The notes under the pieces are model-generated. The model was not told the origin of the DNA, did no database searches, and saw only the letters and a program-made list of their open reading frames with translations. Shown here piece after piece: positions 12,828-28,798 of a DNA stretch of 64,000 bases (position 1 is its first letter; each line of letters opens with the position of its first letter). This DNA comes from Ramazzottius varieornatus (lineage: Eukaryota > Animalia > Tardigrada). The stretch covers positions 3,517,158-3,581,157 of the forward strand of contig BDGG01000003.1 in the NCBI GenBank assembly GCA_001949185.1, in the 5' to 3' direction. The position numbers were made by a program, and so were the translations under genes.

Positions 12828-15800
12828 ATGGATATTCCAAAACGGTTCGTGGCCGTTGTCATCGTCTTAGGACTCTTCGCTGTGGGCATTCTAGATGTTC
12901 TGTTCAACTATGAGCAGAACCTCTGTCAGATGACTTACATGTTTGAGCAGCCAGACTACACGGTAAGAAGTCAGCTCAGACATTAAACCAAGCATCCCGC
13001 TAAATTGTGCTTGTGCTGCAGCGTATTCCACTGAATGAGTCTGTGGTGGAGAACTTTCCGAGTTATGGCCTGTACGTGTACGGCGAAGGTCAGCGAGCGA
13101 CACAGTACAAACGGAATATCTTTAACGGAATACCCGTCCTGTTCATTCCGGGAAACGCCGGAAGTTTCCGTCAAGGACGATCTATCGGGTCGGTATTGCT
13201 GAGAATGGCCGAGAAGAAGCGCCACAGCAAGGTCCACTTTGACGTGTTCACCATCGACTTTGACGAAGAGTTCTCCGGGCTGTATGGAGGGTTCCTCCAA
13301 GCGCAGACACACTTTGTACTTCAATGTCTCGATAAGATTGGCGCCATGTATAAGAGGAAGGTTCCGCCGAAAGTGGTGTTGATCGGCCATTCACTGGGCG
13401 GAATGATTGCTCGAGGCTCGTGTGAACACTTTTCAATTCCTACTACCCGTTTTAATGTAATTTTTATTTTAGGTCTCTTCCTGAACCCGAGCTTCGATAC
13501 CGCATCTGTCAGCACCATCTTTACCCTCTCGACACCACATCGTCCCATAATTGTTGCGGATTTCGATTATGGCGAGTACTTCGATGACGTGAACGATTAC
13601 TGGACGCGCAGTGTCAACGGGTCTCTTCGCCATGTGGTCATGGTGTCCTTCGCGGGCGGCCATCGCGATGTGTTGGTTCGCTCCGACCGCAGCGACCTCA
13701 CGTTACTCTTCGGCGACAACGACAGGTTCGTACCAATACCCGAAATCTTGTACTCTGTTCTGTTATGGTTACAATATGAGTGGTTTGTACGAACCTACAT
13801 ACCAGGACCCCATTGTAGACACATAGTCTTGTGTACGCAGGTGCATAATGGACTGGCTCGTTTACCTACTGAACACTTGCAGACGTTGATGAGACTGTAT
13901 GTTTGTTTCTATTCGACATTTTTGATTAATAGGTTCATCAGCATAACGACAACGTCGATCCCAGCTGTTTGGGCTTCCACCGATCATCTATGCATAGTTT
14001 GGTGTAAGCAGTTGGTCATCGCAACCGCCAGAGCCATATTCGACATGGTGGATTTCGAGAAGAACTCCATCATCGATAACGTGCAGCAAAGGAAAGCGAT
14101 TGTGCAGAAGCATTTCCTGAACACACTCGAGAGGACCCGGCACGGTGATGCCCAGAACTTTGATTTCAAAGAACGGTCGGTACGCGACCATAAAGCTGAC
14201 ACAAAGACATCATCTCTGGACATCCGGACCAAGAAATTCGACGAACCCTTCTACCAACTATATACATTTCCGGAAAACCTGTCGCACGATATCTTTATCA
14301 CATGGTTAGCCCGGAAAGATAATAACCAACAACAATGACAATCGTGGCCTAGAGCAAAATTCATTACACATATACTGAAAACTTTTAATGAATCGAAAAT
14401 AATTGCGGCTCGATAAGCATTTCGATAAGATTATTTTTTCAAGTTGCGCACGTTTCCAGCCAATGACACTCAAAACGTGCGCCACTCGGGCAGACAATCG
14501 ACAAGATCGTTTTACCAAGCGGCGCACGTTCGAGCGGTATTGGTTGGACACGTGCCCACGTTTGGAGATAGTCCTATCGAGCTCGTTTGCCGGAGTTCCC
14601 ACTTGTGATTTTTGTTCGATCAAATATTCAGCTAGCTTTCCGCTTTGTTTTTAGGAATCGATGGATGGGCAGAGAATTCATTCACGTATGTGATGTTTCG
14701 GACTGCTCCAGGGCGAGGACCCTCACAGTCAAACCAGTCGCGCTTCCCTTGACATCTGAAGACTCCAGCTTCTACACACTGATTCCGCAATCGGAACTCC
14801 AGCTTGATTTTGCCCTGCTCTTCGAAGTACCGAAGCGAGATGAGGCCATAGAGCTGTACGCGAGTCTCACGTTGCCGTGGACGAACGTCACACGCATCAC
14901 ATTTGTCGATGCTTTGATGGGTTCTCTGGGTCGCGGGTCCGTTTTCGTACTTTCCGGTCAGAAGTACGCTCGGTTCAACATTAGTCTTCACGAAGTATGG
15001 AAGGCCATCGACGTTCGTGTGGCCAGCGACGAGAAATGTTCGGGAGTGATGAAGTTCTCGGTGCCCGGTTTCGCTCAAGATACGTACAAGAGGCTGGATT
15101 CGAAGCAGAGTAGAACAGTCTTTCCATTGAAGCTCCAGAGTGCGGTGAAGGATGGCGAGCAGTCTTTACTGGAGCTGTTCCTGGAGCCAGGATGTTCGTA
15201 TGAAGTCAGCATTGGTGTTGACTGGACGGGCATTCTGGGACAGCTGATACGGTTCTACGTGATGCACCTACCGGCCTACTTCGCGGCAGTGGTGATTCTT
15301 CGGCTGTTACCGCTGTCACTGCACCGTAAAGTCAGGCTGGTGGACCATGTGATTGTGAATGCTGGAGCGATCTGTGTTGTGATAGCTTCCAGGTAAGCAC
15401 TATAAACAGTTGTTTAAATTGTTTTCTGTCGGGTTATTGCGAGAAGGGTGTAGTAGTAGTGATACTTCACAAGTTATTTGTTTGAATAAAGCGCTGAAAG
15501 TAATCTTTCACGAACATGCGTACTTGCGCGTCGAATTCTGCTGGTGAGATGGTATATGCAGGTGTACGACAGGAGCGGCACGCTGTTTGCTGACGTTCCA
15601 TTGAGCGCTATTGTTTTTCAGATTCATTCCGGAGCTGAAGGGCTTCGACGTCGGCTTCGAAGGAGCTTCTGTCGTTTCTGCAGTCGAGCTGTGGATAGTC
15701 TTCTACGTTATCGCATGGAGCATAGTGCAGGCTTTGGAGACCCTGCTGAGGGTCGCTGTAATAGCGTACTCGTACCCGGTACATTTCGTGGCTAAACTGT

Positions 15801-16763
15801 AAGTGGACACCCGCAGTGTACTTTCCGCCCTTTTCGTGCTTGACAGTCTTTTTGAAGGTCTGTTCGGAGGGTCAACTCGCTGTACAGTCGCCTGCCCGGA
15901 TGGGCCTCGCGCAGGCTGATGGTGATCCCTGTTCTGTCAGTCTTGGGATTTGTGGTTGCATCAGCTACGTGCGGGGAAAACGGAATGATCTTTGCTGTAG
16001 TTCTGTATTTTCTGAGAGTAAGTAAGGTGACTGAAAGGAAAAGGCGATACGATAAGTTAGAAAAGTGACGGACTGGGTGCTCGGCAGACAAACTCGGCTG
16101 TTTTCTCAAGTGGCGCGTAGTATCGGTGATGTGGTCGAACGTGTGCGCCACATAGAAAAATTTCTTGTTGAGTTTGTCCGCCGTGCTCCCGACTAATCAA
16201 TTGGTAGAGAATCGAAAGTATGGATAGATAGGTTGGCCATGACAATAACCGTTTTCACAGGTGTGCCACGCGCGGAGGAACTCACAGATGACCTCAGAAG
16301 GAGCGTCAACGGACGTGGAGGATTACTCCACAATGCTTCTGCTAGCGTTGCTCGTCACAATGGTCAACATCGTGCCCGCATTGGTATGGACCAAGAAGCT
16401 ACCCAGTGCCCTTCTCAGCCAATGGAGGTCGGTCTTCACCGGTCTTGACCCTGATCCGTCGTTCATGGTTTCTGTCCTGGTCGGAGTTGTGCTGGACTTG
16501 ACAAGCAGGAGTCGAGTCAAAAAGGCCGTGCTGAGTCGCGCGAGGTACGTGTAACCAGCAGACATAACAATTCGAAAGAAGGTGCAGACGGTGTTTTCTT
16601 TGTTTTCAGCGAAGTGATGGATCTCTTGATGAGCTTTTTGATTTTCACCGCAGCTGCTTTAATATTAGTCTTTGCTCAAAAAACCTTCTATCTTATAAAT
16701 GTCTTCTTAGGTCCTTTCCTTACCGCTCTTTCCTGTGATCGTTTCCTAAAGACGTTCATGTAA
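12828..16763 (+). CDS. PGAP1: GPI inositol-deacylase PGAP1 (multi-exon)
   Basis: N-terminal TM then NLCQMTYMF, GIPVLFIPGNAGSFRQGRS, lipase motif GHSLGG, GGHRDVLVR, STDHLCIVWCKQLV and a multi-TM C-terminus. AATAAA at 16870. Confidence 0.95.
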
Positions 16764-17499
16764 CGAATCAAAAACGCCCGCGTGAGTTTGACTACGAACC
16801 GGTATTGTGCTGATCTCGTTCAATACTGTCGTTGTCGCTTTGTGCAAACTGACAGCATCATCACATTCAAATAAAATTCAATTTTATTGGGTTATTTCTT
16901 CACGACTTTTCCAGTTTTTGATGTTTCGTTCGAGTCGAAAAATGACGCCGATTGTCAGATTGAAAATTAAGATCAGATGGTTTAATGGTACTTCTGACAG
17001 CCGCTGTCGGCATTAATCTCTATTAGCTTATTGGTTGAAATTAAAGTCGTAATCCATTCAACATGAGACTTTTGTTGTGCCTCGTCACCATTCTTAATGC
17101 TTGTAAAAAAATGCTGCCGAGTTTCCAAAAATCACCTCACCACAACGCGCTGATTGTGTCTACCGATGGCTCTTTGGGTTTTTGTTGCATCAGGTTGTGG
17201 GTCGAAGTCTGTCTCTATAGTGCGGTATTCATAGACATGGATTCGGGCATTAACAGTATGATAGAGTTTTTCTACGGCTCTCGGAGAGCCGCCAGAAGGT
17301 TTGTTTTGTTTACAGAGAACTCTGTGGTCACTCCAGTAGGGGGCTGAATCATAATTAGTTCCTCGCGGTTCACGCCTCATCGGGTGTTCATAGAGTTTAC
17401 TTTTCTGTCCTCACTACCAGTTGGACCACACGCTGTTATCCTCTGTTGTTTGCCTCCAAGTATTTTTTGTGCTCAGTATACTCGGATTTGCCGGGATCG

Positions 17500-19250
17500 A
17501 TGGAAGACACCAGAACGAGTGGAAACGCGGCGGCCTTCGAGTTCCCCAAAACAATGGCTCAAATGGCGCGGCACGACACTGCCAGTGTAGCTCATTCCCA
17601 ACGAGAGGACATCGGCAGTTTCCACTTCCGTATTTGGGCCACCCTTTTACATTCCTTGATTTTTATTCTCGGCGTTGTTGGGAATGTTTTACTGATCCTT
17701 ACGGTGCGAAGAACTCGAGGGCTCCGCACCAGTACTTATTGCTACCTTGTCAGTTTGGCCTGGGCGGATATCATCGTTTTGTTGTCGGCTGTTCCAGAAG
17801 CCATCGTGTCGCATCACACCGGAATCCGGTGGCACAGTGGACAAGTTGGATGTTCTGTCATGATCTTCACAAACTTTCTTGGAATCAACGCCGGTAGTCT
17901 CAGGTGAGCGGTGTGGCCGCCACACAACCCCGGAATGCTCGTTATTCAAGGTGGCGCACACCTCCAGCCAGTAGCAAGGAAACTGCGCCACTTGAAATAA
18001 CGATCATCCCGATATTGTTTGCCGGTTGTTGAATATTGGTTTTCTGGAGCGTAAAATATATTTTCCACTTTGCAGCATATTCGCATTCACTTTGGATCGG
18101 TTCATTGCCAGTGTGAAGCCCATATATATTCTACGGGTCTGCAACTGGAAGTACGCGAAGAAAGTGACACTTGGTCTATGGCTCTTCGCGGTCTGTTACT
18201 GCCTTCCATGGCTCGGTCTGACGGAGGTCCGAGAGTTTCCATCGACCAAAGAACCTTACTGTGACTTCCGGTTTTCCCGGCAAGCCTACATGTAAATCGG
18301 ATGTTTAGTCGTAACGTCACACACCAACGCGAAGAAAAACGACATTGCAAAATGATTTTTCTGCAGGTACTGGTTCGCGGCTGACTTAATGCTCTTCTAT
18401 GTTTGTCCACTGGTTTTCGCCGGCTACGTGTTCTGCATGCTTGCTGGGAAGCTTCGGAAAAGCATTCGTGGTTTCAAGCAAGCCGCCAACGATGCCGAGG
18501 AAAACCAAATCAGCGCTGCCGACTCAGCAGAATGTAATTTAAGAGGTCGCGATGACAGGACCACCTTCGCCTTACCGCTAAGTGATTTAAGGACGGTTCG
18601 CAGCCAAGAGCGTCAATCGGGAGAGCCACAGCTTCTGCAAGCCGCCATGCTTCGCAAAATGATCCGCTCCAGAACTCGGGTACGCGAGGCATATGGGAGA
18701 CCGACAAACAACGCCGACCAGATCGTTTTCCGAAGCGGCGCACTCATACAGTGTTATGGGCTGACCGCGTCCACCACTTGGAAAAACGATCTTATCGATT
18801 TTGTCTGTTTCATCCCAGTGGCGTAAGTTTTCAGTATTATTGGCTGCAAGCGTGCGTCACCTTGCACGGTCATCTTGTCTGGGTTGTTTGCCGGGCTCAG
18901 ATAAAAACTATTCTGTTGTTAGATTTTGTAACAAATAGTGCGAGATACACTACACAGGAAGTTTACGCTCGTTGCAGGTCTACCGGACCTTGGTGATCAT
19001 AGTCATACTTTTCGCAGTGACGTGGATCCCGTACCGCGCCCTTCTGATCTACAACAGTCTGGTACAAAACCCTTGGTACGATCTCCATTATTTATTTTTC
19101 GCAAAGACCTGTATTTATTTCAATTGTTGTTTCAACCCGTATCTTTACAATGCGATGAGCGGTAAATTTCGGAGAGCTCTGGTGGCGTTACTGCTTTATG
19201 CACCGAAGCCAGCAAACTTATCCATACGGCTGACGGACAGAAGACCTTGA
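17500..19250 (+). CDS. Class A GPCR, thyrotropin-releasing-hormone receptor-like
   Basis: GVVGNVL, CYLVSLAWAD, FLGINAGSL|SIFAFTLDRF, ADLMLFYVCPL, TWIPYRAL and KTCIYFNCCFNPYLYNAMSGKFRRA. GINA and PYR are TRHR-family hallmarks; four exons. Confidence 0.85.
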
Positions 19251-20973
19251 GGCTCAAATACCGTCAAAGACTTTTGAATTTCCGATGCTTCAATAAAGAA
19301 CAACGTGGCGACGTCAGGTCGCAGTAGTCAAAAGCGCCATAACCATAGTACAACATGAAAAAAGCAATCAAAATCTTAACAACACTGAGCTCACAGCAGA
19401 GAAGGTGCAAAGACACCAACAGCAACCAAAGCGGTTCGAAAGGTTCGATAAGTTTATCCTACTCCTATACTAAATATAACCCGAAAGAAACTTCTGACGA
19501 GGTTATGTACCGTCTGACAAGGAATTCTTGAACGAAAATCGCAGCAACATCGCAGACACGCTCGTATAGGACCAGTTTATGTTTTTTCGAAAAAGTATAT
19601 AGCAAAAAAAAAGTATATAGCCGATATAGCAATTTACATTTCTCCGCTTTTAACTAAGCTAATTAAAACTCGCCTGAAACAATGGCAACGAAGTTTACTA
19701 AACCGTCGAAGGTCAGGCGAAGGTCCATTGAAATTAGCAGCTATACGAATTCGTTAACACAGCAAAAAAACGTGGGCGCGGCCTAGCTCGGCCAGGCTCT
19801 GTCTGTGAAAGTTACCCGGATTACCTGTGCAGGTTTATGAAATCGCTGGTAATTTGTGTTCGTGCGTTTTTTTCCTGGATAGATCAAAACAAATGGTTTT
19901 GCCTGAAGAACGAGAGTCTGTCTGTCAGTGGGCAAGGCCTTCGTGCTTCCGTATCTGGCTTTTCGAGAAGGTCAACCCCGCATAAAAGAGGGAACCTCTC
20001 CTAGCCCTCATTGGAAAGCGAACAGGGATTCAACGGCGGATTGAAAGCCGTTCGTGCATGTGCTTTGATGTCTTCACGACACCGTTAGTTCGCGTGCGGA
20101 AACTTGCAGCTTGTGTCACAAGTACAAGTCGGCCAAACACGCAGAGAGAACCTGCAGGACCAGCAGAATTGTGCATGTCGACGTCAGGTTTTGCTTCGGC
20201 GTGTGCATTAACAGTATTCCGTTTCTGTTTTTACATCTTTGTTATGCCAAATTCTGCAACATACAGGTCGCGCTTTTTCGGTTTGGTATGGTGTAGCGTT
20301 GTAGGACACCGAAACTGAAAGTTCGGCGTGAAACAGAGACCACTTTTTTCGATTTGTTGTTCTCCGCATACCGAAACCAAAAAGTGTGGTTTTTTTCGGT
20401 GTGGTGTGAAGACAAATCAGCATGATGGATTGATCGACTTGATTGGCCAAAGGCTGTGTCTCGAAGACACACGGTGTCGAGGACACTGCGCACTTCACGC
20501 ACTGGCCAACGTTTCACGAGGTATGGACGGTTTTCTGTTTTCGGTTTCCAATGAGGGTAGGATCATGGCACGATCTTCGTATTACGGACGGCATCCATGC
20601 TGGTTTCTCATCGTTTTCCCAGACCCAGTAGCTTTGACGTCCCGATAATCGGCCATCGTTCGAGCACATTCTTTCCCTCCGACGAATACCGACTGCAAAC
20701 ATTAACCATAAATATTAGATATTTAATGAAAAGATTGGAGAAAATCGCTGCACCGACTCACCTTAGTATTATGCGTTCCAGTTCGGGAAGTGTTTCCAGC
20801 ATGCGTGTCTTCTTACCTAGCCCGCCGTGACCCCGGGATCCCTCATGATGGTTTTTCACCATGTTTGCTGCCTGTCTCTCCCGAACAATCACCAGAAATT
20901 TCAAATCAATTAACTTCAGTTTTTCGGGACCGCTTTCGACTTTGTCTCTATCTGTACTTTACTTCTTCCACAT

Positions 20974-21677
20974 TTATGCACGCTCTCTTGTTAACACGTT
21001 TCTTCGAACCGCTTTCAGTGCCTGCGAAAGAGGTGCTTTTCCCTGGGTCATTTCTGAGGTCCTCGCATGCCTCATCGCGAGAACGTCAGCAGACGCGCTT
21101 GCCGCTAACGGTCTCTTGAACTGACTGCCGAACTGAGGCAGTTCGGCAGGTGGTGGTGATAGCTTAACCTTCTCGATGCTGTGAATGCGAGGCACCTACG
21201 AACCTTCGGTACTCTTCGTAGAGAGTATTCAGCAGGGACCAGTCTAAAGTGGCGCGGCGTCGAACCAGGTCGCGTGGAAGAATGCGATAAAGAAGGCAGA
21301 AGTTTTCTTCCGGAAGTGATGCATCATCCGGCAGGTGGTCGCCATACAGTGACTTCCGGTTGAAATTAGGACTGGCTACACTAGTCCCATGTCAGTCCAG
21401 CTCACACGCCTATCAAACAAGCGAAATTCTCAGATTACATTGCTGGTTTAACTACGTGCTTGTTACGTAACATTGACACTTCGGCTTACCTGCCCCGGTC
21501 TGATTTTAGCAAGTCTCTCAGAACCGCCAAGTAACATGTCTGCGGTCGGTTATGGTATATCCTCGCATGTTGGTCCATCTTATCGAAGAGGCTGTAAACA
21601 TCCTTGAACGACGATGGTTGGGGAAGCTTCTTCGTGACGTCTTCGGCGAAACGTTGACGAGCGGCAACAGTCGTCAC
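20974..21677 (-). CDS. Candidate unrecognised (orphan) three-exon gene; 5' end unresolved
   Basis: Exons 21677-21490, 21371-21204 (168 nt) and 21124-20974 join in phase across GT-AG introns of 118 and 79 nt into about 168 open codons. No family recognised. Confidence 0.35.
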
Positions 21678-22607
21678 TCGTTAAACTACAGTACATCGAC
21701 TACGGTTAAACTACGGTGCTCGATGTCATCGAGCACCAATTACATTTACCGATTAACGGTATACACTGCTGAAAATGCATTCCTTCAGGTGGTCACGTGA
21801 CGTTAGTCATCGTTGATTGATATGATAGAACCACGTGACCACCGGAAGGGATGCATTTACAGCACTGTACAAACCACATACTATTACCGGCATCTTCACT
21901 GTCCAGTGTCCACTCCAGAAAAATCTTCGCGAACACAGTCCGAGTGCAGCTGCGCGGCAGTGACGACGAGCTGTGGCGACCCATTAGGCGGATTGAAGAA
22001 CCTTTCGTGCCTGAGAAATATTGTTCGGCTAAAGTTCCAGTGGAGTAGAGAACTAACTTCAAAATGCAAATTACACGTGGTACACTGATGAAGAAGAATA
22101 CACCGAGCGAAGGTCGGCGCAGAAAAAAACAATGGGGTTCAAAAAAGAATTGAATACGAATGTTCCGATCGCCACAAATAAGAACCATGAGCATTTTCTA
22201 CTACAGAGAAGTCGGTTATCGTTTCTAAGAAATGATCCGTCTACAGCTAGACTATGATAGATCTTTGGCTGAAGAAACCAGAAGACGAAAACCAGCTGTC
22301 TTCGGCCCTTGCGGCAGAATTCCGACCGTTTCTGTCCCCGAAGACAGAAATCAGGCATCCTTCACGCTGGGTCCCATGCAGTCCGACCTCGCTCGCTATT
22401 TAGAGCAACCAAAAAACCAAGCATCCCGGAGAGATTCTGTTTCCTCCCGTGCGCTTGACTAATTAAAACTGAGTAACCAGAAAAATTCAAAAGGATACAG
22501 AAAGCTAAGTGATAAGACTGATGAAAAATGCTGGGGGTAATTAAAGATTTGGAATATGACAAGCTTCTCTTTGGGCGTGACAGGTTCCAAACTTTACAGT
22601 GTGGCTT

Positions 22608-25286
<2,679 letters not shown>

Positions 25287-28200
25287 CTTGACGGCTTGGT
25301 GATCGGAGATACACGTAGCGCGACAAGATAAACAAAGATGGCACGTATCTATTCCGAGCTGTCAGCAATAGTAGCAGATGATGGGGTGATAAGCCAAATT
25401 TCCAACGTCCAATTCCCTTCAGCAGCTCCCGACTCCTGCAAAAGGCATTGGATTATGACTTATGCGACGAGCGAGACACAAGATAAGCTCAAGAAGCATG
25501 AACGCAAATGGGATAAGAGTTAATCAGGAGGTAATTCTCCTGATTCCAGTGTGAATGTGATTTCAACGGATCGATTAAGGACATGCACACACAGCAGTTC
25601 TCCTTCATGCACCTGCATTTACGGGTTAAGTTGCTCCCTATGGACCGACGACATCCGACAAATGCGCTAGTGTATGCAGGTGCGTGATGTGTGGCGGGCG
25701 CAAGGTGTGATAACATTCTGGCGCATTTGGTGCGCACACAAGCTCGGCACCGCCCGTTCTGAATAATGGCCACTGGCTAGCCTGGCTAATGTGACGGACC
25801 GGTCACCGATGGTCCGCTATCCAGATTCCGTTTCAGAGCTTCGAGTTTCCCAAACGTCTATCCTTCGCATCGTTGATTACATAAGGACTATCGATTCTCG
25901 TGGTTGGTACGTTCTACTATCGTTTGCATGCTCATCAAAAGTCAACATACGGGGAAAGCAGCTCCTCGAATTCAACCGGATGTCGCAACGCGAGTTCATG
26001 CCAATGCGTACTTTCGGGACCTATCAGCGACGAAATACCCCTCGAACTCTTTTCGTGCTAATCGAAACTGGTGTACAATTTTTTATGTCGCAGTGAATTA
26101 CTAAGCGATGTCTAGTGGCTTGGTCACAGGGCTCTCGAAACTCAAACAACCAATAATCGATCTTTGGTACTGGAAGTCCGCCACAGTTGACCCTCGTTTC
26201 TCTAGACTGTGAGATCTTCCACACTAGGGATCAAAGTTCGCCCTCCAACCTAAATTAAGCGTGAGGTTTTTCATAACTGACGAGCGTCGATTCTAGCTCG
26301 GATGCAGGAACCGTGCGTGAACTTCATTGCGACCCTTGACAGCAACTGGCCCGCTAACGACCTACAGTATTCTTGTCTGGCGCTAGAACTGGAAAAACGT
26401 AAGGAGCCAGACTTGTTCAAGTAACTGTTTTGAAACGCCATCGCAACCAGTGCTGGAAGAGTGGTCCATCCTGGACTATTTGCCTCTGCATATGCCTTTC
26501 CTTTTTCAGGGTTTACTCCTGGGACAGTCGCCTCTGGATCAAGGAAGTTTTACGATGAATGAAACGCAAGTCCGTTGAAAAGAATTGGACTCCGGTTTCA
26601 AGCTTAAAGCCAGAAAAAGCAATAGAAACAAAGTGCTTGTGGTGGAGGGGCCCTACATTGTGATCGATGGGGATTCAGAGGAAGGAATGCCACGCGAAGC
26701 CAAGCGTGGGGCTAAATTCGAAAATAATGGAGCAGTAAAGTGAACTGGTGCTTACTTTTGCAGTGACGTGGTACGGTATTTGCGCAGCTTCGCCATTGCA
26801 AGTGGCAGATGGAATACTACGCCAGACTATCGATCTATCTCTAGCTTTTCCCTCTTCCTGGGTGAATTAACTGAATTTCATGGAGCATCGAAAGACGACG
26901 TCGTATCAGATGCGGTGGGGATGGTGCGGTGGGGATGGTGTATATTGCATGTGTAATGCTGCCAGCATGGAGCGTATGAAACCTTTCGGGCAAGACAGAC
27001 TGATACAGGATGGGTTAGTCCTCTCCATCAGAGCCGGATATACAGTACTAGCAGAATAGAAATCTAGATGTGCTGCGTACCTTCGTGCGATCTCGGAAAA
27101 TCTGCACAAGCTGCTGCTTCGGTTTCGAAAACAACATCTAATTTATTCGCGATAATGGAAATCAAGCGCATAACCCGAATATCGATTTTCCGTGCGTGAT
27201 AGTTTCGGATATCAGGGTTACCGAGCGTTTCGATAGTACTGGTGGAGTGAAAACTGTTAGACGAAATTTATAGTGTTACCTGTAGCTCAGAAAAGATGAC
27301 GTTCCGAAAAAGAAGGTAATGAACTCCGGCCAAGATTCGCTTGCAGTTTCATTGTCAAGTCCGTGTCATACTATCAAAAACTCCATCAAGATCCATGTAG
27401 TGTTTCCGCCAAATATATAGATCGATATCCAGATCAAACAACGTTAACGGCACGAAACTGAAATATTTTCAGGTCACAGCTCTCAGGAGTACTCTATCCA
27501 ACTTTGCACTAGAACTATCAAGTACTACATAAATTGGCGTCGCATAACACTGGGAGCGACCTGCGTGTGCCTTGGAGAAACAGATCGAAGCAGTTTAGGC
27601 TTGGCTGTCGATCGATTCCGCTGGATCAACTGGCAGCAACGTCGCCACGACAGACTTACCCATTTCGTGATCCGTCTTTCGATCTCGTGAAAATAGACTG
27701 TGGTACTGCTGAAAGCCCTCGCGCTGTACGAGCGACACATTCGATATAACAGCGCGTCGACGATGTCAGGACTGGAGAGACTGGCTGAGCCTACACGTAT
27801 CAACCTAAATGTTCTTTGAGGAGGAAGCATAAAGCTAGAATGGAGTATCTCATACTCCCGTTTGTCAGCAATCCGCCCTGCAAATGTATAATGATGGCTG
27901 TGGAGACTGGAAGTGTTGCTGCATTAGCCGCTCAATCGATATTCTTGCGGGCGTTACAAGCGAATTACCCTTATGCCGCCACTGCCAAATTATATCCCAG
28001 CTGACAGCAACTTCCTTGCTGGGTAGGCAGCGGAGAGCGCGTAAACATGCATAACTCCGGAGAAGATCTCCCCCGGAGTATTATATACAGTAGCGCGTAT
28101 ACACAGGCTTGAACTTGCCTACGGCGAGTCTAAAGTATCATTGACTGTCAATGAAATCCTCCCGGGACCTTGCGGTCAAGTCCTGCTGTTTCACCAATTT

Positions 28201-28798
28201 AAGACGCAGATATCAGCGAAATTCTGTGTGGTGTGAAGTTTGGGTGGACTAGCGATATTCCAGACAGTCTGTACCGCGGTTGTTTTTTCTTCGGAAACCT
28301 CCCAAGAGTCAGCTCGGGGACGTAGACTCCATAGACCACCGTTGGGCCAAAGATGGCGCTCTTACTAAAACCCAGAGCTTTCGAAGGATAGCCTTCGCCA
28401 TGTTTCCGCTCCCGCAGGGACGTCACAGACGCATATATACTGGGCCATCAGTTTTTCCTTAGCCCTTTGTCAACCGATTAGCGTGGGCGAAAGTGGGTAA
28501 TTGTACGACTGTTGAGACTTTTGTGAACGGCCACACCGGCCTGGATTTGTTTGCAGTACGGTCCTCACTCACACAGAACAGTAAACATCTTTGACGAACT
28601 GTACAGAAACAGAAAACAGAAGGTGATATGTGCACATAACAACCAGTCATTCGGAGTCACGAAAACCGGATCGAAAGCTTGGGAGAACCCAGTGAGTTCC
28701 AGAAAAGCCGGTAGCGGCATGCAGACACGCCCTGCTGTGCCGATCTGCAGATACCGGAAGCACAGAAGCGCCCAGGTTGAGTCGTTCCAAGAACGGAA

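Noticed and set aside
28045-28107. Additional family B copy
   Set aside because: The arms are degenerate and the spacing is 28, so it was not counted.
25300-28700. Small ORFs upstream of G-alpha-o and in 34700-36700
   Set aside because: No protein motifs or splice-consistent chains; probably UTR or regulatory sequence.
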